DNA of 64,000 nt from Candidatus Manganitrophus sp. (GTDB taxonomy: Bacteria > Nitrospirota > Nitrospiria > SBBL01 > Manganitrophaceae), in NCBI GenBank assembly GCA_028865235.1, contig CP114563.1, forward strand, positions 10,914 to 74,913. Direction: 5' to 3'. Shown piece after piece: positions 13,901 to 23,974 of this stretch; position 1 is the stretch's first letter; the number at the start of each line of letters is the position of its first letter. Under the pieces are notes generated by a model, which was given only the letters and a program-made list of their open reading frames with translations, searched no databases and had not been told where the DNA came from. A program made the translations under genes and the position numbers.

Positions 13901-14074
13901 GCGGTTAACGCTTTTTACGCGCCCGGCTTTCTTTGGAGAGCATCTCAAACCCGAGGGTGACGGGGCCAGCCGAGGGGGCCTTACCGAGCCGAGATAAGCG
14001 GGGTTTGGGGCGGAAGAGAGGATACCAACTGCGGAAGGTTGCGTCGATAGCTCCATCCAAAACGCAGGTCCGCG

Positions 14075-14330
14075 TCTGTAGCGGTCGGTGACCCCCGAGT
14101 TTCATGAGACGATCGTGCAACTGATATCTAAGACGACCACGGCGACGGGACTCAAGGTGACCTGCCGCCTAGATCAGCTAAAAAGTAACCCACGGGCCGC
14201 AAAGGTGACGAACGAGGAAATAAGGCGCGTAAAACCTAGAGCGACATAAGTTCGACGGCGACTGGAACTACACAATCCGGCCCAGATCGCCAAAGCCAAT
14301 TTAATACTTTATTTACTTACGCCGCATTTT
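14075..14330 (+). mobile_element. ISAzo13-family transposase C-terminal remnant
   Basis: HETIVQLISKTTTATGLKVTCRLD...HKFDGDWNYTIRP. Confidence 0.75.
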
Positions 14331-14670
14331 ATACGCCCCGCCTGATGTATATTAAGCGTGTTTTATTGGCTATAGTAATTTACATACGTTTGTATCTCGA
14401 CATTCATACTTCTACTCAATTTGAAAGTGTTCTTGAAATAGCTTTCTGGAGGGAGTTAGAGAATTTGGGCAAAAAAAGCGCCTCAATCAGAAACTGGGCG
14501 GCTAAAAATATCCTCTTTATATTGAATCTAATTCTAACACAGATCTCTATTGAATTTCAACAAAATAATTTCAGGTCCCACATCTATTTGAATCTTAACG
14601 TTTTTCAGATTTAACATATTCATACAGATCAGTATCAGCTTTTGTAATCGTGCCGATTCATCACTCCGCA

Positions 14671-15057
14671 TCAAAGTCCCTTTCTGAAATCACCCCTTTC
14701 GTAACGGAGTACTTGAATCAATGAAACTGTTCTTTTCATCCATGGCTCAAGCTGCCGGAGCATCTTCGCATTATAGTTCTCGACATATTCCAGCAGAACC
14801 TCATGTCGGGGGATTTGATGAACCATTTGTGGAAGAATTAAAATCAGGGCCTCTGCCGCTGCTTCTGGATCGTCTTTATTCGATTCGATCATATCGCGAA
14901 CGATTGACCCCATCTTTTTCTGCCACTCTGGAAATTTCTCCTTTGTGAAATCGTTCACCAAGATTCCAAATTTGGAATTGATATCCGCTTCGACCTTCTC
15001 GGCCATTCGAAATTCTTTAATCTGTCTTTCCAATTCTTCCCAATTTATATCCATCAT
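14671..15057 (-). CDS. Hypothetical helical protein
   Basis: GGAGGAG RBS before MMDINWEEL, 128 aa. Confidence 0.55.
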   Translation of the reverse strand: MMDINWEELERQIKEFRMAEKVEADINSKFGILVNDFTKEKFPEWQKKMGSIVRDMIESNKDDPEAAAEALILILPQMVHQIPRHEVLLEYVENYNAKMLRQLEPWMKRTVSLIQVLRYERGDFRKGL

Positions 15058-15205
15058 CTCTCCTCCACAGTGGTACAGCATCATAGAATGAGCCAACCAA
15101 TTCTTCAACGCCCATTTTGGTCCATTTTCTCGTTGATTTCTTTTTGGCGTAACGGGTATCCTCCGGGGTAATGTGCCGATCACCTTGCGCCTCATGGAGG
15201 AGGGT

Positions 15206-15415
15206 ATGTTTACTACAAAGGGAGTCTTGCTCGTCGGAGTGATTGTACTGCAAACAGCGCTCATCATTTTTTTGGGAATCACAGCGATCAATTTTCGAAA
15301 CGACGGGATCAGGGCCAGGGCGGAGGCAAGCCACTATCACAGTGAACTCAAGATGCTTCATGAAGAGCATGGCGCTGTGTTAACGCGGACGCTTGTTAAA
15401 AGAGAGACAATCTAA
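15206..15415 (+). CDS. Small membrane protein
   Basis: GGAGG RBS, N-terminal hydrophobic helix. Confidence 0.4.
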   Translation: MFTTKGVLLVGVIVLQTALIIFLGITAINFRNDGIRARAEASHYHSELKMLHEEHGAVLTRTLVKRETI

Positions 15416-15436
15416 TACTGAAATCCTGACCGCGGA

Positions 15437-15673
15437 GTGATTGAATTGAGCGACAAAGTCACCGTAAAACACATTCGCTATTTATGTTTTTTCTGTGAAA
15501 TAGAAGTTCTGGATTTGAGGAATCCATGTGCCGGCTGTGGTTCCAAAAAGTATATTCCCCGGATCGAGAGGGATCAAAAAGAAGAACGAGAAGTAGAGGA
15601 GATCATCAGGCGGCTAAAATTGGAACTTAATAAGAATACGATCAAAAAGCAACAATCCCGGACGCTTTCCTAA
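15437..15673 (+). CDS. Small zinc-ribbon protein
   Basis: CFFC..CAGCGS followed by charged helix. Confidence 0.5.
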   Translation: MIELSDKVTVKHIRYLCFFCEIEVLDLRNPCAGCGSKKYIPRIERDQKEEREVEEIIRRLKLELNKNTIKKQQSRTLS

Positions 15674-15700
15674 AGAATTAGAAATCAAAAAGGCCGTTCG

Positions 15701-17576
15701 ATGACCAAGCGCCTTCAGCGCGATGAAGCTTCTTTGTGGAGATCACGATTCCGTGCTCCCATTCTCTCATGGGTCCAGTTAGCCAGCTCCAACCCCTCCC
15801 GAGGCCTGGTTTGTCTAAACAAAACGGGTGTTTTCCAGCTATATGCGTGGGACCTGGTGCGAGGAGCGCTCAGCACTCTGACCGACGCCCCCGAGGGGGT
15901 TATGCATGGTCTGATTTCTCCAGAGGGAGAGTACGTTACCTATTTTCAGGACAATAAGGGTAACGAGATCGGACGTTTGGTGCGCGTTCCTTTTCATGGA
16001 GGCGCCCCGGAGAATCTCACCCCGGATCTACCCCCCTACTCTACCTTCGACTACGCATTCAGCCCTTCCGGAAAAGTTTTCGGGATCCTTCTCGCAAAGG
16101 AAGGTCTCTTCCATCTTTTATTACATTAACCTCGGATCAGGCGGCGCCATCGGAGCGCCCCGCCTCGTCCATCAAAGTGTGCAGGCGCTCCTGGGTTTGT
16201 CTCTTTCTTTCGGGGGGGAGAGATCGTCGTGACGGGCTCCACCGAGCAGCGAGAACAGCTTCATACTTCTCTGACGGCCTACGATACGATCTCAGGAAAC
16301 CGGATCGCAACACTTCAAGACGGAGCGAAGAATACCCTGAGGGGGGTGGCTTTCTCCCCGATTTCAGGCGATTTTCGTCTACTGGCCTCGACGACGCGAT
16401 CCGGGATCGAGCGACCGCTGCTCTGGAATCCCCGTACCAAAGAGCGCCGGGATTTGGAATTCAATGAGATCGATGGAGCGCTGCTTCCTGTGGCGTGGTC
16501 TGCCGACGGACGACGCCTGCTCCTCATGCAGATGAACCGTGCCGTCCAGCAACTCTACCTTTATGACATAACCGATAATAGACTCACCCGGCTCACTCAC
16601 CCCAGTGGGACCTTCGGCCCCCTCGGCGGCGGCACCTGTTTTGGGTTAAACGGAGATCTCTTTTTTCGATGGCAGGATGCGACGCATCCGGCCGAAGTCA
16701 TTATTCTGGATGGAAAGACAGGGGCTCGGAAAAAATCGGCACTCAATGCTGGTCTGGCGATACCCGCACGGCCCTGGAGGTCGATCACATTTCAATCATC
16801 GGATGGAGAAAGGATTCAAGGTTGGTTTGGCTCTACCGGAGGGCGATGGTCCCTTCCCGGCGATTCTTTCCATCCATGGTGGACCCGAGATGGCCCTCAC
16901 AGAGTGCTTCTCTGTTTGGAGTCAGGCATGGCTCGATCACCGATTTGCTTTCCTCGCGATCAACTACCGCGGCTCGACGACCTTCGGGCGCGCTTTTCAA
17001 GAGAAGATCTGGGGGAATCCCGGATACTGGGAAGTGGAAGATCTCGCGGCCGCTCACACGTGGTTGGTCCGGGAGGGAATCGCCCATCCCAACCAGATCT
17101 TCCTCACCGGTTGGTCGTATGGCGGCTACCTCACTCTTCTGGCTTTGGGAAAATATCCTGCTCTCTGGGCCGGTGGCATGGCCGGGACGGCGATCGCCGA
17201 CTGGGCGCTGGCCTATGAGGACTCCGCCGACACCATCAAAGTCTATACGGATGCCTTCTTCGGGGGGAGTCCGGTGCAGCGGCCCGAGCAATATGCCGCA
17301 AGCTCCCCGATGACCTATGCCGAACAGGTCAAGGCTCCATTACTGATCTTTCAAGGCAAGAGCGATACAAGAACCCCCGCTCGCCAAATCGAACTTTATG
17401 AGAAGAAGATGCGATCGCTTGGCAAGACGATCGAAGTTCATTGGGTCGAGGCAGGTCATTTTGGCATTGCGGCTCAAGTGAAGCAACTCATCCTGTATCA
17501 AGAGAGAATGCTTCAATTCGCCTTCGAAGTCCTGGAGGTCGGAGGCAATCCGTCTGGCTCATTGACTAAACATTAA
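15701..17576 (+). CDS. S9 prolyl oligopeptidase / acylaminoacyl peptidase (frameshifted)
   Basis: Propeller repeats, IHGGP, NYRGS, GWSYGG, QGKSD, EAGH. Confidence 0.9.
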
Positions 17577-17711
17577 CCGGATGGGTTCCCCTTGCCATAC
17601 GACCACTCACCGCCATGGACTTTTCAGACATCGGTCGCAACATGCTTATGAATTCGTCAGGCACAGGAACAAAATCGCTCGTCTCTTTTCGTATCTCGTT
17701 CGGGAATCTCG

Positions 17712-17957
17712 ATGCAGCCCGATGAGACCGAAAATGCACTCGCGCGGCTGGAATTAATCAAAGCGCGTCTTATCTCCCTCGTCCAATCGAGCTTCAGAAG
17801 TGATGCCTCAGGAGAGAACCGGATCGACGATGAAGATTATCGGTCGATCCTCAAGTGCATTTCAGAGATTGAGGCTCTGCTCGAAACTGCACCAATTAAT
17901 CCAGAACAGAAAGAATTGGGCAGGACCGCTTCATCAGCGCTAAAGAGATTCTTCTGA
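17712..17957 (+). CDS. Hypothetical protein
   Basis: 81-aa helical ORF, no motif recognised. Confidence 0.4.
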   Translation: MQPDETENALARLELIKARLISLVQSSFRSDASGENRIDDEDYRSILKCISEIEALLETAPINPEQKELGRTASSALKRFF

Positions 17958-18176
17958 GTGCCAGACCTGTTCACGGAAAATCCACTGAGTGACAACATCC
18001 GATACATCGCCCGAACTTCCAGCACAAGACGAATAACTGCCGTAAGTGCTCTGTGAGAGTCACAACCGCTTCTTTCCATCCTTCATCCAGCGCAGAAAAA
18101 GGCGCTCTCCCATCGAAGGAGAGTGGGTCTCTTCAGGTGAAGTGCTTTCAGTCTATCATCAGCCTCTCCCCTTTTA

Positions 18177-18468
18177 TTTAACGGAACCTTCCGTTAACCC
18201 CACTCCCATTCCGCCCCTCCACGGGCCACACCCCCTCCCCCGCCGGCATACCCCTCGCGCGCGCCCCACCCCCTTCGCGGCCCTCCCTGCTCCTCCCCCC
18301 GACACACGCGCGGAGGGCGACAAAACTCTCTCAAACTTCTCGAAAACTCGAAAGCGGGCCGATAGGAAAGGCCGGACGGGCGCGGGGAGGGTCTCCCCGT
18401 GCGAGGGCGGGAAGATGCCGGGGGGGGCGGGCGGAATAATTATTCCGTTAACGGAATGTTCCGTTAAA
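18177..18468. repeat. 292-bp nested imperfect inverted repeat with palindromic 22-bp termini
   Basis: TTTAACGGAACCTTCCGTTAAC (18177-18198) vs GTTAACGGAATGTTCCGTTAAA (18447-18468), 21/22 complementary; five internal nested pairings. Confidence 0.85.
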
Positions 18469-18499
18469 TTATCTTGGAAGGAAGCGGGCGGGATTCTCA

Positions 18500-18556
18500 T
18501 TGACACCCGGCGCCGCGGTCTTTATAATCAGATTATCTGATTTTCTGATAATCAGA
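18500..18556 (+). promoter_or_regulatory. Consensus sigma70 promoter with two operator-like palindromes
   Basis: TTGACA-N17-TATAAT (18500-18528); ATCAGATTATCTGAT and TCTGATAATCAGA around +1. Confidence 0.85.
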
Positions 18557-18575
18557 CAGTTAGACAGGGAGCGGG

Positions 18576-18857
18576 ATGGAGGTCGTCCGGATCGGGAAGC
18601 GAGGAACGATCGTGCTGCCGGCGGCGCTGCGCCGGCAATTCGGCCTGGAAGAAGGATCGGTCGTCCTCGCCGAAATCAGAGACGAGGGGATCGTCCTTCG
18701 CCCCGCGGTCGTGGTTCCGGCCGACAGCCAGCAGCGGCGCGCCGAGATTCTGCTCTCGACGGCCGCCAACGAGAAGGACTACGCCCGGGCCGAGAAAGAG
18801 GTGCGCCGGATGGGGATCGATCCCGCGAAGGTCCGGCATCGAAAACCGAAATCGTAA
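18576..18857 (+). CDS. AbrB/MazE/SpoVT-family DNA-binding protein
   Basis: VRIGKRGTIVLPAALRRQFGLEEGS..IVLRP. Confidence 0.9.
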   Translation: MEVVRIGKRGTIVLPAALRRQFGLEEGSVVLAEIRDEGIVLRPAVVVPADSQQRRAEILLSTAANEKDYARAEKEVRRMGIDPAKVRHRKPKS

Positions 18858-18867
18858 AGGGATCCCG

Positions 18868-19365
18868 ATGAATCAGACGGAAGCCGTTCGGGTCTGGGAA
18901 TTCGAAGAAATCTGGCAGAAAGGGAGTGCCGCCCTGCGGATGAGCGGGAAATACTTTCGCGGCGAGTATGGGGTCTGGCTCGAGCTCGCGGGCGCGCTCC
19001 CGGGAAAAGAGAAGATCATCCCCAAAGCGGGCGGCCGCAAATACGATTGGGAGGGAAAGCTGGTCTTTCGCTTAAGCAGCGATGATCTCGGCAAGATCGG
19101 CTGGGGGCTGGAGCAGCCGCAGAAGGGATCGCTTGTCTCTCTGCTGCATGAGTATCACGAAAAACGAAAGCAGCTCGATATCGCGATGGATGGGCCGGCG
19201 CGCTTTTTCGTCAGCGGCCAGGAGGGGGCCTCGGGAGAGGAGGAGGGGAAGAAAATCTCGGTCCTCCTCGACGGGGGCGGTTTCTGGAAATTACGTCAAT
19301 GTGTTCGGATCGGATACGAGGGGGTGATATGGCGTCAGAACGAATTCGAAGAGCGGAAAAGATGA
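18868..19365 (+). CDS. Whirly-like single-stranded DNA-binding protein
   Basis: KGSAAL, GVWLELA, RKYDWEGKLVFRLS, LLH, RKQLDI, FFVS are colinear with plant Whirly motifs as recalled (KGKAAL, RQYDWSRKQVFSLS, FFHDP). Confidence 0.75.
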   Translation: MNQTEAVRVWEFEEIWQKGSAALRMSGKYFRGEYGVWLELAGALPGKEKIIPKAGGRKYDWEGKLVFRLSSDDLGKIGWGLEQPQKGSLVSLLHEYHEKRKQLDIAMDGPARFFVSGQEGASGEEEGKKISVLLDGGGFWKLRQCVRIGYEGVIWRQNEFEERKR

Positions 19366-19670
19366 GTCATGTGAAGCTCGTCAGCGCGCTTCCGAAGGAT
19401 GAGCGGTTTATTCCCCTTCGGAAATTTCTCGCCGCCTGCCCGGGCGCCAGGGAGCAGAAGGTGAGATTTCGGGACGCCGTCCATTATTTGGTCGAGCGGA
19501 AGTATCTCACGGTGGTCGCCAAACCGGTGAGGGAGCGGGCCAGACGACTCTATGATCGGGAGCAGATTCCGCTGTTCCGACAGATCCTCGCGATGCATCG
19601 GAACGGACTGACCCTCGAGAAAGCCTATGAGATCGCCTCGAACCGGCTCAAACAGAAGCGGCTCTTTTAA
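19362..19670 (+). CDS. MerR-like/excisionase-like HTH protein
   Basis: RRLYDREQI..MHRNGLTLEKA; ATGA overlap with the upstream gene. Confidence 0.65.
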   Translation: MSHVKLVSALPKDERFIPLRKFLAACPGAREQKVRFRDAVHYLVERKYLTVVAKPVRERARRLYDREQIPLFRQILAMHRNGLTLEKAYEIASNRLKQKRLF

Positions 19671-19701
19671 AGCGGCGGTCTTCCCGGGGTAGACGGGACG
19701 C

Positions 19702-19976
19702 CTATTCGGCGTCGATGGGAATGATTCCCTTCGCGATGGCGTATCGGACCAGCTGGGCGACGTTTCGGAAGGCGAGCTTGTTCATGATGTTCGCGCGGTG
19801 CGTTTCGACCGTCTTCGGCCGCACGCCGAGCTGTTCGGCGATCTCCTGTTCTTAAAATCCGAGTGCGGCCAGCCGGAGCACCTCCGTCTCCCGGGGAGTG
19901 ATCTGTCGCGCTTTGACTGGATTCGGAACGACCGGTTTCTTGATCTCGACCGCCACCTTTTCAATGCCGTCGGCAT
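19702..19976 (-). CDS. Stand-alone LuxR HTH regulator (frameshifted)
   Basis: ETEVLRLAALGFKNREIAEQLGVRPKTVETHRANIMNKL. Confidence 0.8.
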
Positions 19977-19996
19977 TTTCGCTTACCTCCTCTGAT

Positions 19997-20275
19997 CTAT
20001 AAGCTCTTTTTCAGCCTCGGCGCTGCCTTGAATTTCACCGATTTGGACGCCTTGATTTTGATTGGCTCGCCGGTCTGAGGATTTCTCCCTTTGCGCGCGG
20101 CACGGGCCTTCACGGTGAAAGTTCCGAATCCGGGAATCGAGAATCTGCCCGCTTTCTTGATCCCTTTCGCGATCGCGGCAAAGGTATCATTGACAATTGC
20201 GGTCAGGGCTTTCTTGGTAATACCGTTTCCAGCATGTCTTTTACTAATCGTTTCAAGCAGCTCTTGTTTATTCAT
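19997..20275 (-). CDS. hup: HU-family nucleoid protein
   Basis: MNKQEL..GFGTF..RAARKGRNPQTGE. Confidence 0.95.
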   Translation of the reverse strand: MNKQELLETISKRHAGNGITKKALTAIVNDTFAAIAKGIKKAGRFSIPGFGTFTVKARAARKGRNPQTGEPIKIKASKSVKFKAAPRLKKSL

Positions 20276-20549
20276 AGAATCCTCCTTAAAAGAAATGGAA
20301 TGACGTGACCAGGTCATCCCGTCGGCTAACCCAAACGTTTACAATGCTCTCTTAAACTTTATAACAATACAGATTTTTTTTTGGAATTCAAGGAAAATCA
20401 AATAAAACAACTACAAATCCCCGCAAATTCGTCTTTAGTTCATCGAAGACCCAGGGAGATTGCTTCGTTGTTTCTGGAAAGAGAGAAATTCTTTCAGAGA
20501 CGAATCTATGAGAATTGGCAATAGGAGAGGACAGAGGCGAGATGGAACA

Positions 20550-20953
20550 TTATCCGATGAATTGCCGATTGAGCCGATCGATTCTTCCTCTCTTCTCGAT
20601 CGCCAGGATGATCTCATGGGTGACTTCGGAGATGTGAAACGGCTTTGTCAGATAAACGCACGCCCCGAGCCGAACCAACTCAATCGCGTTCTTGATCGTC
20701 CCGTAACCAGTAATGATCAAGACCTCGATTTGGGAATCATAAGTTTTAATTGCCCGCAGGACGGCCAGTCCATCCATCCCCGGCATCCTCAGATCAAGCG
20801 TCACCACATCGATCTTCTTTTTCGAATGAATTGCAGGGCCTGCAGCCCCCCATCCGCTTCCTCGACATGATAATGGGGATGGAGGATCATCTTGAGTGCC
20901 TCTCGAGATCCGCTTTCGTCATCGACAATTAAAATTGTAGGTTTGTCTTCCAT
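20550..20953 (-). CDS. Single-domain response regulator (frameshifted)
   Basis: ILIVDDE, LDLRMPGMDG, ITGYG, YLTKPF. Confidence 0.85.
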
Positions 20954-21120
20954 TCGGGTCACCTTTCGATTCTTTATTATACCCGATGTGATTTGGCTGC
21001 TCTGACGACCCCGCCCTTGACTTCCGGTCTTTAAATCCAATACATTTCAAGAATAAGCCGAAGTGAGATATTAAGAAATCCAAAATCAAAATCAAACTCA
21101 CCCATCGAAGGAGGAAACCC

Positions 21121-21395
21121 ATGAAGAAGATCTCTCCCATGGAAGTCGGAGAACGGATCAGATCCGTGCGCGGCAATAAAACACAAACCGAGTTTGCGAA
21201 AGCCCTCGGGGTGAAGAAGCAGAACTACATCAGCCGTTATGAGCGGGGCGAATCCCATCCCCTGATTTGCTGGTGCGGATTGCCGAGATGGGCCGGGTCA
21301 GCACCGACTGGCTGCTGACCGGAAAACAGGGCCGAACGGGAACGGCAACCCCCCGGAGCCTTCAGGCCAAAGGAATCACACGTCAGGCAGATTAG
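21121..21395 (+). CDS. XRE-family HTH regulator (frameshifted)
   Basis: GERIRSVR..TQTEFAKALGV..YISRYERG..VSTDWLLTG. Confidence 0.85.
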
Positions 21396-21598
21396 AAAGC
21401 GGGCCTGATCTCTCTAGGAAACGAGAACCGAGAGCAAAAGTGTATCACCTGGATGATTCGATCGGCCGCGACGCATGGCGGATGAAACCGACCCAGGTTG
21501 CTCTTCGACACCAGGCACTCCCCTGCCCTGCAAGACGGAGGGGATCAATTTTCATTAGGAGGCGGAGGAGCGCTTCAGGCAAAGATGATCGAGTTCGG

Positions 21599-21844
21599 CT
21601 AATCCTCGGCACCATAGGGAGTTAACCCATGCTCATCAAAGACCCAGAAGAGTCGCTCTCTCGCTTCCGGCGGGACCGCCGACGCCGGAATTAATTTCCA
21701 TTTGGTTTCCAAACCCTCTTCCCCATCCCAGGTTTCCTCTTCACTAAAAATGGTAAACCCCGCCCGACTGCTCGCGTCCGGGATTTGGGCGAGGATTTCG
21801 CCTTTTTCAGTTTGAATGTAGCCGGCGACAATTTGATTTTCCAT
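21599..21844 (-). CDS. Hypothetical protein
   Basis: 81-aa ORF with plausible RBS. Confidence 0.5.
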   Translation of the reverse strand: MENQIVAGYIQTEKGEILAQIPDASSRAGFTIFSEEETWDGEEGLETKWKLIPASAVPPEARERLFWVFDEHGLTPYGAED

Positions 21845-21988
21845 CGCGATCCCCCGATATCAGGATGATCATTATAAAATCGTACCAGACTTCAGCCGGT
21901 GGATGCCAGCGGCGGATCTGTATGCACCTGTGACTGACTCCCCCCATTTGGAGTAAAATAATCTTGTATTCAGAATCAGGAGGAGGTG

Positions 21989-22652
21989 ATGCCGAAGCGC
22001 ACGCAATCCCAGACCACCGCAACCCCCCTTATCCCGCCCGACCCGACGTTGTCCAAACTTCGAGAAGCCGCCGCCGGATGCAAAGCGTGCGATCTCTGGA
22101 AGCTCGGCACACAGACCTTCTTCGGTGAGGGCCCCCACGCGCCGGTCATGCTCGTCGGAGAGCAGCCGGGTGATCGGGAAGATCAGGCCGGCCGGCCTTT
22201 CGTCGGCCCCGCCGGAGCACTGCTGAATACCGCCCTGGAAGAAGCGGGAATCGCGCGTGAGGAAGTCTATGTCACCAATGCCGTCAAACACTTTAAAATG
22301 GGAGCCGCGCGGCAAACGCCGCATCCATAAAAAACCGAACGCGGCCGAGATCACCGCCTGCCGCCCCTGGCTGATGGCCGAAATCAATTTGATTCAGCCG
22401 AAGGTGATCGTCTGTTTAGGCGCCACCGCCGCTCAGACACTCCTCGGAAAGGATTTTCGTGTCAGCCGTCAGCGCGGGGAACTCCTCCCCTCCCCTTTGG
22501 CGGACAGATCCTCGCGACCGTCCATCCCTCTTCGCTTCTTCGGATCGAAGACGAAAGCGAGCGCTGGGAAGCGCGGGCCCGTTTTGTCCAGGATCTCAAA
22601 ATCGTCTCCAAAGCCCTGCGGCGCCTCCCCCGCGCCGCTTAACCCCGCGTAA
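21989..22652 (+). CDS. udgX: UdgX-type family-4 uracil-DNA glycosylase (frameshifted)
   Basis: CKACDL, VGEQPG, PFVGPAG, TNAVKHFK, R-loop KRRIHKKP. Confidence 0.85.
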
Positions 22653-22685
22653 CTCCGTACGATTCTATCCCAACCCAAGATTTTC

Positions 22686-22735
22686 TTGACAGGAAATAAC
22701 CTTTCCGTCATGATTGAGGTATACGTATGAATACC
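22686..22735 (+). promoter_or_regulatory. lexA promoter and putative LexA box
   Basis: TTGACA-N17-CATGAT; palindrome GGTATACGTATGAATACC (22718-22735) overlapping the ATG. Confidence 0.65.
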
Positions 22736-23321
22736 TCACTCTTAACAACCAGGCAAAAAGAGATCCTCGATTTTCTCCGGCGGACGGTGGACAAGCGCGG
22801 CTATCCCCCTCTCTTCGGGAGGTCGGAAGCCATTTCGGGATCGCGGTCCGTGCCGTCTCCAAACACATTCAGCTGCTGGCGCAAAAGGGATATCTCAAAA
22901 AGGGAGGGGTGCCCGCGCGATCGAGCTGACCGAGCGGGCCAGCGCGAGAGTCGTTCCGATCATCGGCCGGGTGGCCGCGGGCCGGCCGATCCTCGCCGAG
23001 GAGAATCAGACAGGAACATTCGCACTGGATCTCTCCGTCGCCCGGTGGAAGGATCTCTTTCTTCTGAAGGTCCAAGGAGAGAGCATGAAAGGGGCCGGGA
23101 TCTTAGATGGAGATCTGGTCTTGGTCAAACCCCAGCCCGACGTCGATTCCGGCGAGATTGTCGTGGCCCTGATGGAGGGGGAGGCGACGGTCAAGCGGCT
23201 GATCAAAAAGGGGGGCGCCGTCATCCTGCAGCCGGAGAACCCCGCGTTCGAGCCGATCGCGATCAACCGGCAGTCACCGGCAGAGATCATCGGGAGGGTG
23301 GTCGGTGTCTTCCGGATCTGA
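22727..23321 (+). CDS. lexA: LexA repressor (frameshifted)
   Basis: LTTRQKEILDF..GYPP, VAAG cleavage site, GESM, EATVKR. Confidence 0.93.
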
Positions 23322-23974
23322 CCTCATCACCGGCGCGGAACTCCTCCTGCGTCAGCAACGAAGGGGTCCGCTTGTCACCCAGGTGCCGCTGCTCGATCGG
23401 TTGGAAGAGGGGGGGCTCCCCCGGGGGAGCCTGATCGAGCTATCCGGCCGGGGCTCGACCGGCCGGTTCACCCTGGCGCTGGCGGCGATATCGGCCGCGA
23501 CCCGGATGGGGGAATCGGCCGCGATGATCGATCTGGGGGATCATCTCGACCCGCAGGGTGCTTCCGCCGCGGGGGCGGAGCTCCCGCGTCTGTTGTGGGT
23601 TCGCCCGCATTCCGTCAAGGAGGCGATGACCGCCGCCGAGATGGTGCTCGCGGCCGGCTTCTCCTTCGTGGTGCTCGATTTCACGCAAGCCCCCGCGGAG
23701 GCTCTCCGACGGAATGTGGATCAGGCTTTCCCGCGCGGCGCGCGCGCACAATGCGGTGATGATGGTTTCTGCTTCCGCTCCAACGACGGGATCGGCCGCC
23801 GATCTGGTCGTCCGGGTCGAGCGCGCAAAGCCGGTCTGGACCGTGCGCGAGAGAGGCCCAAGGCTTCTTCGGGGACTCGCGGTCGATCTGACCGTGCGGC
23901 GGCGCAAGGGAGCGCGGCGGGAGCTCTCGGGAGAGATCTTCCTTCCGATCGAAAGGAACCTGCCCGATGTCTAG
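23305..23974 (+). CDS. imuA: ImuA-like RecA-fold accessory protein
   Basis: GGLPRGSLIELSG..STGR, LPRLLWVRP, VVLD; between lexA and imuB. Confidence 0.75.

Noticed and set aside
14345-14640. AT-rich 89-aa ORF or origin
   Set aside because: No motif, iterons or DnaA boxes recognised.
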